This document shows positions 17,304 to 28,947 of a stretch of 64,000 nt of DNA, piece by piece (positions within the stretch are counted from its first letter, which is position 1; the number at the start of each line of letters is the position of its first letter). The notes under the pieces are model-generated. The model was not told where the DNA came from and made no database searches. It saw only the letters and a list, made by a program, of their open reading frames with translations. Both the position numbers and the translations under genes were made by a program. The stretch is taken from NCBI GenBank assembly GCA_963792785.1, contig CAWBXO010000001.1, positions 1,082,215 to 1,146,214 on the forward strand, written 5' to 3'. The stretch comes from an uncultured Acidobacteriota bacterium (lineage in GTDB: Bacteria > Acidobacteriota > Vicinamibacteria > Vicinamibacterales > CAVVIG01).

Positions 17304-18305
17304 TCAGGGGGTGACCGTGACCGAGACGTTCTCGTCTGCCGTTGCGGGGCCATCATCGGCGCGCGCCCGCAGGACGTACGTGCCCGGCACGTCGAATGTG
17401 GCCGTCGTCGTCACCCTACCGTCGCTCGGCAACGGCGGAGCGAACCACACCGACGCCCAAGGCGAGTTGGCGCCGACGCGCAAGTCTTCCCACGTCTTGA
17501 TCTGCGGTGGGTCGAAATGCACGGCCGCCGGGCCGCGGTACTGAATCCACGAAAGGTGCAGCCCGTTGTTCTTGTGGACGCTGCCTTGACTCGGGGGCAC
17601 GCGCCAGATGTCCACGTCAGGCGTGTCGCTGACGTCCGACGATCCTGCGGCCGGCCCCTGACCGTTTGCGGCGGTCGTCTGTGCCCGCCGCGCCCGATTA
17701 ATGGCCTCTTCTTCGGTGGTCGCCTTGGGCATGCCGTCGTCGGTCACGTTCGCCACGAGCACCAAGGGCTGACCGACCTTGACGGTTCTGGTCCTGCTGC
17801 CTTCAACCTCGAGCGTCGGCGGCTTGTTCGCGCGCAGTTCCGGACTGCTCGCCATGCCGGGCAACGCGCCGGTGTCCGACGCCTCCGCCAGGGCGTCGAG
17901 CCTGTAGTCGGCGTTGAGCGAGGCATAGGCTTTGGACGTGCGGCCATGCGTCGTCAACGTCCACACCAACTCGTCTCGCTCGCCGAACTGACTGGGAACG
18001 GGGACCCTGAACACGTACCGGTTTCGCCGCGGGAAGAAATGCGTCGGCTGGCCCCGATCAACCGGTCCTGGCGCGAATCCATTGTCGAGGCCGACCGGCA
18101 CGTCGATCTCCTCTTCCCAGTTCTTGTTCATGTAGCCGAACACGAAGTACTTGGCCCCATCGGCGTTCTGTTCCCAGCCTTCGTATGCGGCCGAAATCGG
18201 TTGCCCCTTGGTATAGGTCAGCACCTGCGCGTGAACGCCGACGCCCGCCGAGCCGCTGGCCACGGCCAGACCGGCAGCGATGATGAACGGGGTTCTCGAC
18301 CACAC
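17304..18305 (-). CDS. secreted partner protein of cassette B (333 aa)
   Basis: GTG 18305 has GGGGA 8 nt upstream and lies 11 nt after the cassette B gene-1 stop. Motifs: AAYEGWEQNADGAKYFVFGYMNKNWEEEIDVPVG...DRGQPTHFFPRRNRYVFRVPVP. The C-terminus looks Ig/PKD-like (VPGTYVLRARADDG). Confidence 0.8.
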   Translation of the reverse strand: MWSRTPFIIAAGLAVASGSAGVGVHAQVLTYTKGQPISAAYEGWEQNADGAKYFVFGYMNKNWEEEIDVPVGLDNGFAPGPVDRGQPTHFFPRRNRYVFRVPVPSQFGERDELVWTLTTHGRTSKAYASLNADYRLDALAEASDTGALPGMASSPELRANKPPTLEVEGSRTRTVKVGQPLVLVANVTDDGMPKATTEEEAINRARRAQTTAANGQGPAAGSSDVSDTPDVDIWRVPPSQGSVHKNNGLHLSWIQYRGPAAVHFDPPQIKTWEDLRVGANSPWASVWFAPPLPSDGRVTTTATFDVPGTYVLRARADDGPATADENVSVTVTP

Positions 18306-18316
18306 GTGGGTGTCCC

Positions 18317-19792
<1,476 letters not shown>

Positions 19793-19863
19793 AGCGCACG
19801 CTCCTTCAAAGACCGGAAACTGGCGAGGTTGGCCTACTTGTAACGCCGATGGGCGCCGGGAAT

Positions 19864-19880
19864 TGTCGCGCTTTGTCGCA
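19864..19880. promoter_or_regulatory. TGTCGCG-N3-TGTCGCA direct-repeat operator candidate upstream of cassette B
   Basis: tgtcgcgctttgtcgca lies 72-88 bp upstream of ATG 19792. The same 10-bp-phased repeat occurs at 33971, 41488 and, in degenerate form, at 60774. Confidence 0.55.
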
Positions 19881-19884
19881 ATCC

Positions 19885-19946
19885 CTTCCCCAACTCCCCA
19901 ACTCCCCAGCTCCCCAGTTCCCCAGCTCCTCAGCTCCTCAGCTTCT
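19885..19946. repeat. octamer tandem repeat (TCCCCAAC/TCCCCAGC/TCCTCAGC, about 7 units)
   Basis: The run reads tccccaac tccccaac tccccagc tccccagt tccccagc tcctcagc tcctcagc. It overlaps the stop codon of the nitrilase-like gene. Confidence 0.8.
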
Positions 19947-20960
19947 TCGGTGTCCCCTGGCGCCCTTCGCCGATTCGATGCGCCTCACGTTCTCCTCGTA
20001 GGACAGCGGCTCGCCCGGCGACACGCGCGGCGGATAACCGCCCTCGCCGCGGTACACGGCGTACGCGCCGGTGCGCAGGTGCGCCAGCATGTCGTGCCCC
20101 ACGCGGACCTGCCGCTCGTGCCGCAGCGCGGAGATGTCCACCGGCGCCACGACGATGCGCTCGCCCGGGCCCGGCGAGGCTTCGGCGAGCAGCCGGCCGT
20201 CGAAGTCCACCACCTGGGACCCGCCGGGCCACGAATACGGCGGGTAGTGCCGCAGGCTCGCCCCCTGATTGGCGGCCACCACGTACGCCATGTTCTCGAG
20301 GGCGCGGACACGGTTGACGAGCGTCCACCAGTTCATCGGCTCGGTCGCGCCCCACGGATCCATGTACGCGGACACGCGCACGAGCACCTCGGCGCCGTTG
20401 GCGGCCAGTTGGCGGATCGCCTCGGGGAACAGCCAGTCGTAGCAGATGGCGCAGCCGATGCGCCCGATGGGCGTGTCGACGACTGGAAACAGCGGTTCGT
20501 CGTAGCCGGGGAGATCGTGGGGGCTGCTGTGCACCTCGAACGGGATCCAGGGGTTGACCTTGCGGTACTTCGCCAGCACGCCGTCGGCGCCGATGAAGCA
20601 CGTCGTGTTGAACACGACGCCGGGCCACCGGGGATCCTCCTCGAGCATCGTGCCGCTCTGGATGTAGATGCCGTGCTCGCGCGCCTTGTCGGCGAGGCGC
20701 GCCGTGTGCTCGTTCGGAATGGGGACGGTCAGCTTCTGAAGCAGCTCCTGCACGGTCGGGAACACTGGAGCCGCGTGGGCGAACTCCGGGAAGACGACGA
20801 GCCGCACCGGCAGGAACGGCGCGCTGCCGGCCACGGCCGAGTCGATCATGCTCAGCATGCGGTCGGTGTTGGCGCGCATCTGACGGCGATCCAGCGGGTT
20901 CGCCATGTCGGTCTGGCAGGCCGCGGCGGCGTACCGGATGTGCTCGCGCTCGAGGCTCAC
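19938..20960 (-). CDS. carbon-nitrogen hydrolase (nitrilase superfamily, amidase-like)
   Basis: GTG 20960 overlaps the upstream stop (GTGA). The Glu-Lys-Cys triad context is present: VVFPEF, KYRKVNPW, CAICYDWLFPE. This is the 340-aa tail of the 1909-aa composite ORF. Confidence 0.85.
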   Translation of the reverse strand: MSLEREHIRYAAAACQTDMANPLDRRQMRANTDRMLSMIDSAVAGSAPFLPVRLVVFPEFAHAAPVFPTVQELLQKLTVPIPNEHTARLADKAREHGIYIQSGTMLEEDPRWPGVVFNTTCFIGADGVLAKYRKVNPWIPFEVHSSPHDLPGYDEPLFPVVDTPIGRIGCAICYDWLFPEAIRQLAANGAEVLVRVSAYMDPWGATEPMNWWTLVNRVRALENMAYVVAANQGASLRHYPPYSWPGGSQVVDFDGRLLAEASPGPGERIVVAPVDISALRHERQVRVGHDMLAHLRTGAYAVYRGEGGYPPRVSPGEPLSYEENVRRIESAKGARGHRRS

Positions 20961-23900
20961 GGCTGGCTGTTCCGACTGGACATCTCGGCGGCCATCGACG
21001 GCACCGACCTGGTGACTACGCGCGTGTTGTACTCGGCCTGGTACCGCTGGTGCGCGGGCGTGTCGGGATAGTGCTCGGGCGCGGCGTACGGATACGCGGT
21101 CATGCCGTGGAACGGCAGCGGCTCCACCCGGTCGGGGCTGGCCGAGTGGATGTCCATCTCCTTGCTGAAGCCGTCTGCGTACAGGAGCCACGTGACGGAC
21201 CAGCCGGCGGGCGGGGGCGGGGCCGCCGCCGCGTCGAAGGCCAGCGCGATTTCGTCGCCCGATTTGGCGATCACGAACATGTCGTCGCTCGCGGTCAGGA
21301 GCTCCCGCACGTCGCCCGGGCGGGTGTAACGGCCGGGCATGGCCTTCCACGGCGACGCGTCCGTGACGCGCGTGTAGTCGTACCGCGGCGGCTCGGCGCC
21401 GTCGGGCCGGACTTCCGCCGAGAACCCGCGCGCCCCGAGGGTCGCCGTCAGCGGGTCGAGCCGCTGGACCCGCAGGTCGGCGTCCGGCACGGCCGTGGCG
21501 ACCAGCGCGCGATCCCAGTAGATCCGCATGTTCGTCAGGATGCGCACCTCGTGCTCGCCTGGGCGGAGCCGTCCGGTGAGGTCCACGGTCACCGTCTGCG
21601 GCCGGCCGACCGGAATGCCGATGTCGTCGACGACCGTTCGCCAGTGCCCGCGGGCGTCCCGCGCCTGCAGCCGCGGCGGCGTCAGGGACAGGCCGCTCTG
21701 GCTGGCGGCCAGGTTGTCGCTCGAGAACGCGTAGTCGGTCCAGGCCGTCAGCAGGAGCACGGGCCGGGCGCCCGGCGATCCCAGATCCAGGGTGAGCGTG
21801 TGCGGCGCGGCATAGCCGCGAATCCGCCCGAGGGCAAAGCCGTCGGGATACCGCCGATCGACGGCCGCGATCCGTTCGGTCACGTCGTCTCCCGCATCGT
21901 CGGTCGCGCGAGGGACGCGCTCGCCGGTCACGGCGAGCAGGCGGAACGGCTTGGCCGACTCGGTCATGCCTTCGTCCGGGTAGACGTTGACGCCGGGCGG
22001 ATGCGCGACCTGCAGGAGCTGAAAGCGATCGGCGAACAGCACTTCCTCCAGCTCGTTGGTCACGCGGATCTCGTATCGCCCGTCCTTCTCGCGCAGCCCC
22101 CCGTCGGGGATGCGCACGTATTCGATCGGGTCGGGGGTGTTGCGGACGCCCGGTTCCTCCAGGTAGCCCATTTCGCCGCCGCCCATGAAGTCGGTGATGA
22201 ACTCGAAGCGGTCGCCGTTCCACGTGAACAGGAACGGGCACGAGGACGGCTTGCGGTCGAGCTCCTCGACAGCGAGCGTCGGCGGCAGGGCCGTGTCGCG
22301 CACCTCGGCCTGGAGAATGCCCGAGGGCCAGAGCACCTGGACCGCCTCGGCGCCCGGCCGGGCCCCCAGGCCGAAGACGAGATCGGCCGGCGCCACGGGC
22401 GGCGTCGCCGAGGAAGTTTCCAGGCGGCTGCTGAGACTCCCGGCGCGGACCTGAATCTTCGCACCGATGCCGAGGCGGTTGCTCACGCGGCCGGCGAGCG
22501 CGACGCGAAGCGAATGCGCGTCGTCGCCGCCGCGCCCGTGCCACACGGTGAGCGAGCCGCCGGCGCCCGTCACGAGATCCGTTCGCCCGTCGGCGTTGAG
22601 GTCCGCGAGCGCCAGGCTCCGCGCCGAGGCTGGCCGCGCGCCGCGTGACGCCTGCGGCAAGGCCGTCTCCGAGACGTCGATCCAGCGGTCGCCGAGGTTG
22701 CGCGCCAGGCGGGGGCCGTCGGCGGACCAGGCGAGGAGGTCCAGCAGCCCGTCGAGGTCGTAGTCGACGAACTGCGCGGCGATGTCGCCGCGGAGGGCGC
22801 CCGGCGCGTCGGCGACCTGGAACCGCCCGTGCCCGTTGCTCAGCGCGAGCACGCCGCCATCGGCGCCGCCAAAGAAGAAATCGGGGAAGCCGTCCTTGTT
22901 CACGTCGGCGACGGTCGCCGACGTGACCTCGCGGGCGCCCAGCGCCGCCGTCAGGCGGACGTCGGCGGCGACATCGCGAAACGTGCCGTCGCGAAGGTTC
23001 TGGAACAGGAGCGGCGCCGCGCCGTCGTTGACCACCAGGAGATCGACGTCGCGGCGGTTGTCGAAATCGGTGGGAACGATCGCGACCGCGCGCGTCGCGG
23101 CGCCCAGGCCGGCCTCGTCCGTCGTGTCGGTGAACGTGCCGTCGCCGTTGTTGCGCAGCAACTGCAACCGCGCCGGCGCGAAGTCCACCGGGAACACGAG
23201 CGGGCGGTCCGCGGCCAGCGCCCGGCTGGCGACCAGGTCGGCCAGGCCCGCGATCACGAGGTCGAGGTCGCCGTCGTGATCCACGTCGGAGAGCGCCGCC
23301 GCGCCCGGCAGGAATGGATACGCGGGGATGCCGGCCGCCGCCGTCACGTCCGTGAAGCGGCCATGATCGTTGTGATAGAGCGAGCTCCGGCCGTAGCGCA
23401 GCACGAACAGATCGACCGCGCCGTCGTTGTCGTAGTCGCCGGCGACGCACCCGATCGGCTCGCCCTCCGGGGCCCCGGCCAGCCCGGACGCGCCGGTGAC
23501 GTCGCGTCCAGGCGTCCTGGCCGTCGTTCTGAAAGATCCGCTGGCCCGCCTGCGAGGCTTCCACGAGATCGAGGTCGCCGTCGCCGTCCACGTCCGCCAG
23601 CACGACGCAACCGCCGAGCCCGGCGGCGATCTGCCGCGCGCCGTCGGCCGTGAGATCCCCCGCGCCGAAGCTGCGTCCGAAGGGGGACGCCACGGCCGGG
23701 CCCTTGTCCCCGGGCGCCACGACCGGCCCGGCCACGAAGCTCGCCGACGGCACCGCCGGGTCCACCAGGTCGGGCTCGGCGCCGGTGGAGGCCATAGCCT
23801 CGGCGTAGTGTCCCTGCTCGAGATATCCGGTGCCGTAGGTGACGGCGTAGCCGGTCGCGCGCAGCTGCTGCGCGCGGTCGAGCACGGCGCGGCCCTCGTC

Positions 23901-24473
23901 GGCTTCCCCGCCCCGCGTCAATGCGAGTCCGAGGTTGTAGAGCGCCGTCACGTTGAACGGCTCGCGCTCGACCGCTGGGCGCAGCGCCGCGATGGCGTCG
24001 GGATATTGCCGCCGTTCCAGGAGGATCTGCCCGAGGTTGATGCTGGTGCCCGCGTCGTCGGGATCGATCTCGTGCACCCGCTGAAACTCGCGCAGGGCAT
24101 CGTCGGTCCTGTTCTGCGCGCGGGCCACGAGGCCGAGCACGTAGTGCGGCTCAGGCGCCGACGGCAGCAGGCGGGCCGCCTCGGCGGCTTCCCGCTCCGC
24201 CCCGTCGAGGTCCTGCACGTAGAGCAGCGCGAGGCTCAGGTTGACGTGCGCCATCGCGAGGGACGCGTCGATCCGCAGCGCGTCGCGGAAGTCGTCGGCG
24301 GCATCCTCGTAGTTGAACTGCTCGAGTTGGGCCACGCCACGGTTGTTCGCGCGATAGGCCTGTTCGCGCGCGTCGTCGACCGAGCGCCCGCGCCCGCACG
24401 CGCTCACGCCCGCCGCGAGCAGACACACCCCCAGCAGGAGCGGCGACCGTGCGGCGATCCATCTTGTGTGCAT
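20957..24473 (-). pseudogene. TPR + FG-GAP/VCBS + ASPIC-UnbV + C-terminal-domain lipoprotein (about 1170 aa), +1 frameshift near 23501-23506
   Basis: ATG 24473 with a lipobox (LLAAGVSAC). TPR region, then FG-GAP repeats. The frame changes between ...RIFQNDGQDAW and DVTGASGLAG..., continuing in ORF 20957..23404. Confidence 0.8.
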
Positions 24474-24493
24474 GGCGCCTCGCGGGTGAGAGG

Positions 24494-26179
24494 TCAGCGG
24501 CCTTCGATCGGCGTCCGGCCCGCGATCCCCTTGCCTTCCTCGACGGTGATCGTCTGGTTCGCGTCGAGGGCGCCCGAGGTGTCCGTCTGTCCGCTCGGCC
24601 AGGTGACGCGCAGCGCGTCCACGCCGGCCGCCGAGCCGAGACCGAAGGTCAGCGGCAGCTCGCTCTGCGAGGCGAAGCTCGATCCCGTCTTCACGATCTG
24701 CCAGTGCCGGCCGCCGCCGCGCAGCGACACCTCCACGCGAGCGCCGATGCCGTCGCGATTGGAGGCGGTGCCGACCGTGCGCACGCGCAGCACGTGGTTC
24801 GTGTTGCCGCCGTCGTTGCGCAACAGGCGCGCCGGTCCGTTGTTCGCCGTCACCACCACGTCCAGGTCGCCGTCGTGGTCGTAATCGGCGTAGGCGGCGC
24901 CTCGGCCGACCATCGCGCGCTGCAGGCCGGGGCCGGAGGCGGCGCTGACGTCCTCGAACTGCTTGCCGCCGAGGTTCCGGAACAGCTGCGGGGTCTGCGC
25001 GTACTTGACGCGCGACTGCACGTGCTCGATGTCGTCGCTCACGTGGCCGTTGGCGGCGAAGATGTCCGGCAATCCGTCGAGGTCGTAGTCGAAAAAGAAC
25101 AGGCCGAACGTCAGGGTCAGCAGCGACGAGCGTCCGACGGCCGACCGTGGCGCGTCGTCGATGAACAGCCCGTGGCCCTCGTTGTGATACAGCGCCATCA
25201 TCTGGTTCGAGAAGTTGCCGATGATGAGACCCGGCAGGCCCGTGCCGTCGTAATCGGATGCGTCGACGCCCATGCCCGCCCGCGCGACGCCCGACTCGCT
25301 GAAGGCCACGCCGGCTTCCACGGCCACGTCCTCGAACGTCCCGTCGCCCTTGTTGCGGTACAGGCGGTTCGGCTCCGTGTCGTTCGACACGAAGACGTCC
25401 ATGTGGCCGTCGGCGTCGAAGTCGAGCATCGCGACGCCCAGGCCTTTGGAGGAGGCGTCGTCCAGCCCGGCCTTCGCGGTGACGTTCTCGAACGTGCCGT
25501 CGCCGCGGTTTCTGAAGAGGGTCGGGCTCTGGCCCGTGTACGACTCGGGCGTGCAGTAGGACTTGTTCGTGCCGTCGAGCGTGCAGAACAGATCCGTCGC
25601 GATCGACCACGCGACGTAATGCGCCACGAACAGATCCAGGCGGCCGTCGTTGTCGTAGTCGAACCACAGCGCGCTCGTCGAAAAGCCGTGATCGGCCACC
25701 CCGGCCTTCGCCGTCACGTCGACGAACCGCCCCGAGCCCAGGTTATGGAACAGGTGGTTGCCGTCGAGCGCGGTGACGTAGAGATCGACCTTTCCGTCGT
25801 TGTCGAAGTCGCCGGCGGCGGCGCCGATGCCGTAGAGCGAGACGTCGAGCCCCGACCCGTGGGTCACGTCGGCGAACTTGCCGTCGTGCGTGTTGCGATA
25901 GAGCGCCGGCAGCGACGCGGCGCCCGGGCGTCCCGGCCACGGCTTCGAGTTGACGAAGAAGAGGTCCTGCCAGCCGTCGCCGTCCTCGTCGAACCACACG
26001 GCGCCGGACCCGATCGTCTCCGGCAGGTACTTGCGGCCGAACGCGCCGCTGTTGTGAACGAAATGGATGCCCGCCGCCGCGGTGACGTCGGTGAACGTCA
26101 CGGGCGGCGCGGCCGCCGACACGACGATGCCGGTCGCCACCGCCGCCAGGGCCAGACACATGCGCGTACACCAGGTCAT
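24494..26179 (-). CDS. CRTAC1 family (FG-GAP/VCBS + ASPIC-UnbV) protein
   Basis: ATG 26179 overlaps the upstream stop (ATGA). 561 aa with repeated DxDxDGxxD...N.GDGTF.DVT units and the C-terminal UnbV-ASPIC pattern (RDGIGARVEV ... GSSFASQSE ... FGLG ... V.WPSG). Confidence 0.9.
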   Translation of the reverse strand: MTWCTRMCLALAAVATGIVVSAAAPPVTFTDVTAAAGIHFVHNSGAFGRKYLPETIGSGAVWFDEDGDGWQDLFFVNSKPWPGRPGAASLPALYRNTHDGKFADVTHGSGLDVSLYGIGAAAGDFDNDGKVDLYVTALDGNHLFHNLGSGRFVDVTAKAGVADHGFSTSALWFDYDNDGRLDLFVAHYVAWSIATDLFCTLDGTNKSYCTPESYTGQSPTLFRNRGDGTFENVTAKAGLDDASSKGLGVAMLDFDADGHMDVFVSNDTEPNRLYRNKGDGTFEDVAVEAGVAFSESGVARAGMGVDASDYDGTGLPGLIIGNFSNQMMALYHNEGHGLFIDDAPRSAVGRSSLLTLTFGLFFFDYDLDGLPDIFAANGHVSDDIEHVQSRVKYAQTPQLFRNLGGKQFEDVSAASGPGLQRAMVGRGAAYADYDHDGDLDVVVTANNGPARLLRNDGGNTNHVLRVRTVGTASNRDGIGARVEVSLRGGGRHWQIVKTGSSFASQSELPLTFGLGSAAGVDALRVTWPSGQTDTSGALDANQTITVEEGKGIAGRTPIEGR

Positions 26180-28947
26180 GAGTGCTCGTGAATCGCTTGC
26201 CGTTCGTTGTTGTCCTCGGGCGAGCGCAGGCGATACGGTCCGGTGATCGCCTGCGACGCCTCGTCCGCCTTGAACCGCAGGTAGAGCGCGCGCTCGTGCT
26301 CGGCGAGATCGGCGTTGCCGCTGCCCTGGTAGCACAGCATCAGATTGTAGTGGGCCTCGAGGTCTTCGGGGTCCACGGCCAGCGCCAGCTTGAACGCGGC
26401 GATCGCCTCGTCGAAGCGGCGCTCGAGAAAGTGAATCCGGCCAATCTGGTTGAGCACGACGCGATCCCTGGGGTACTGGTCGGCGGCCACCTTCAGGTGC
26501 TCGAGCGCCTCATCGTAGCGGCCCAGCTCCTTGAGCGCCGTCGCCAGGAAGAAGTGCGCCTTCGCGAGATGCGGGGCAATCTCGAGCGCCCGCTGGAGCA
26601 TCGCCATGGCCCCGTCGATGTCGCCCTCCTGGAGTTCGGCTCGCGCGACGTTCACCGGGCCGTCCGCGTAGCCCGGATCCATGGTCATGACGTTGCGGAA
26701 CGCCACCTGCGCGCCGAGCAGGTCGCCCTGCAGCAGCAGGCCGATCCCGTAGTCGTTCCACCGTTCGCGCACCGACGGGTCGAGCAACGACGCCACCTTC
26801 GGGAGATCCGCTGCGGCGTCCACCACGGACAGGGACGCCTCGGACTCCGCCATCACGGTCGTCGGAATGTCGGGAATCGCCTTGATCTGTCCCGACACGT
26901 GTGAGGTGTCGCCGGTGAATTGCCACGCGCCATCGTCGTACGACGAGGCGACGGCCGGCGCCGGGACGGCCGGATCGCGAACTCCGGCGAAGGCCCACTG
27001 CGTGTTCCACCACGCGAACTTCCGGTAGTTCACCTTCGCCCGCAGGAAGATCTTGTCGCCGGCGTCCTTGGGGATCTGCAGGCGATAGTGCACGGTGTCG
27101 GCGGCGCCGGGGGGAATCAGCCGGACGTACGCCACGGAACGGGTCATCCAGGCGTTGCGCTTGTTGATCGGGTTGCCGTGGGCATCGAGCTGCAGGCTGC
27201 GGTAGAAATGCGCGCCCGGATCCACCGGCCCGTTCCCATCGTCGGCCACCGCGCCGCTGTGCAGCAGGACGTGGCCCTTGTCGTCCACGGCCTCGAATTC
27301 CACCCACACGTCGAACGCGTCCACCGTGCCGCCCGGAAAGAAGTGCCCGACTTTTCGCGTCCGCACCACCACGTCGACGCGCACCGATTCCCCGCGCCGC
27401 ACGACGGCGGACACCTTGTCGAGGGGCGCGACCACGTCGGCCGGCGGCGCGAGGACCGAGGGCGCGGCGCCGAACGCGCCGGACTCCTCGCCCACCGCGA
27501 ACGTGCTCGAGAGCGTCGGCGCCGCCGCCGGGGCCGCCCCCGCGGCGGGCGCCGGCTGGCGATTCCCCGCCAGCCGCGCGATCCCGAACACGTCCACCGA
27601 GATCTCGCCGTCCCGCAGGAAGTCCTGCACGACCTTGAGCTGCACCGGATCCTTGTTGACGAAGGGCAGCGCGGTATTCGCGCCCGGGAACCGGTGCGAG
27701 TGCACCTGGCCGTTCATGGCCGCCGGATCGGTCGAGTCGACGAGCGGCATGTGGCAGTCGGCGCACTTCTGCGGGGTGGCCGGATAGTAGAACGAGCGCG
27801 CGCCCTGCCCGGACACACCCGACCCCTGCCAGTTGTCGTACTCGTCGAAGCCGCGGATCCAGCGGTAGTCGTTCACCGGCACGTCCAGGTGCACCTTGTG
27901 GCACGACGAGCAGAACTCGGCCGTCTGCTCGCGATGGAAGGGCTTGAGGAACGTGCGCCGGTGCGGCTCCGGCGCCAGGTACAGCAGCGCGTCGTGCGCC
28001 TTCTGCAGCACGGGATTCTCGCTCGCGGCAAGGTCGTGCAGCGGCGGGTACTCGATCTCGAAGTGGCCCTGCCCCATCGTGCTGTGCACGCTCGTGATTG
28101 AGTGGCACGACGTGCACGTGAGACCCGCCTGCGCCTCCGGCGTGTCGATCTGTTCCTTCATGGGCGTGTCGAAGCGCCCGTTGAAGAAGACCGCGTGATC
28201 GTGGCAGCCCGCGCACCACTTCGACGGCCGCGTGCCGACGACGTCCTGCATGTACTCGATCGACTTGCGGTACCACTGGTTGTTGAACGATGAGAAGTGG
28301 TGCGCCGACGAGTTCCACTGCTGATAGATGTCCTGGTGGCAGCGGCCGCAGCTCGCGGCGGTCATGAAAAACGTCGACGGGATCGGGCCGTTGATGTTCG
28401 TGTTGGCCGACGACGGAAAGAACGGACTGGACGGGCCGGCGCCCTCGCCGTCCATCGTGGCGGGCGGCGTCGCCGGGTTCTCGATGCGGTGAGCGGCCTG
28501 CCACCGGGCGTCCCGTCCACTTCGCGCGACGCCGGCGGCGGCCGCGAGCAGCACCACGGCCGCCAGCGCCGCGCGCACGACGGGCGGGCGGCCCAGGCGG
28601 GGCGCGGCGGCCCAGAACGCCGCCACGAGCAGTGCCGCGCCGCCGGCCGCGACGCCCACATGCGCGGCGAGCAGCAGGCGGTGCGAGGTCGTCGCGCCCA
28701 GCACGAGCACGGCCATCCCGGGCAGGAGGCCGACGGCCGAGATCGCCAGCCCGGCGCCGGCCAGCCGGCCCGGCCTGAAGCGGCGGGTCCACACCAGCCA
28801 GACCGCCGCCGCAGCCAGCCCCAATCCCAGCAGCGGATGGATCGCCACCTGCGCGTAGTACCAGAGCGTCGGGTCGGCGAACGCGAAGATGTACGCGGCG
28901 TTCAGCAGCAGCGCGAGGAATCCCGCCAGGAGCACCCAGACGCCCAT
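26176..28947 (-). CDS. membrane-anchored pentahaem c-type cytochrome with C-terminal TPR domain
   Basis: 923 aa with 4-5 N-terminal TM helices. Five CxxCH motifs: CGRCH, CAGCH, CTSCH, CSSCH, CADCH. TPR repeats at the C-terminus. The start overlaps the AhpD-like stop (TAATG). Confidence 0.85.
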   Translation of the reverse strand: MGVWVLLAGFLALLLNAAYIFAFADPTLWYYAQVAIHPLLGLGLAAAAVWLVWTRRFRPGRLAGAGLAISAVGLLPGMAVLVLGATTSHRLLLAAHVGVAAGGAALLVAAFWAAAPRLGRPPVVRAALAAVVLLAAAAGVARSGRDARWQAAHRIENPATPPATMDGEGAGPSSPFFPSSANTNINGPIPSTFFMTAASCGRCHQDIYQQWNSSAHHFSSFNNQWYRKSIEYMQDVVGTRPSKWCAGCHDHAVFFNGRFDTPMKEQIDTPEAQAGLTCTSCHSITSVHSTMGQGHFEIEYPPLHDLAASENPVLQKAHDALLYLAPEPHRRTFLKPFHREQTAEFCSSCHKVHLDVPVNDYRWIRGFDEYDNWQGSGVSGQGARSFYYPATPQKCADCHMPLVDSTDPAAMNGQVHSHRFPGANTALPFVNKDPVQLKVVQDFLRDGEISVDVFGIARLAGNRQPAPAAGAAPAAAPTLSSTFAVGEESGAFGAAPSVLAPPADVVAPLDKVSAVVRRGESVRVDVVVRTRKVGHFFPGGTVDAFDVWVEFEAVDDKGHVLLHSGAVADDGNGPVDPGAHFYRSLQLDAHGNPINKRNAWMTRSVAYVRLIPPGAADTVHYRLQIPKDAGDKIFLRAKVNYRKFAWWNTQWAFAGVRDPAVPAPAVASSYDDGAWQFTGDTSHVSGQIKAIPDIPTTVMAESEASLSVVDAAADLPKVASLLDPSVRERWNDYGIGLLLQGDLLGAQVAFRNVMTMDPGYADGPVNVARAELQEGDIDGAMAMLQRALEIAPHLAKAHFFLATALKELGRYDEALEHLKVAADQYPRDRVVLNQIGRIHFLERRFDEAIAAFKLALAVDPEDLEAHYNLMLCYQGSGNADLAEHERALYLRFKADEASQAITGPYRLRSPEDNNERQAIHEHS

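Noticed and set aside
19938-25667. 1909-aa minus-strand ORF that could be read as one giant protein
   Set aside because: It is a composite. Only its C-terminal 340 aa (nitrilase-like) and an internal segment (the N-terminus of the TPR/FG-GAP lipoprotein, from ATG 24473) look like real protein. The remainder is Arg/Gly/Pro-rich out-of-frame read-through of other genes, which is typical of 70% GC DNA.
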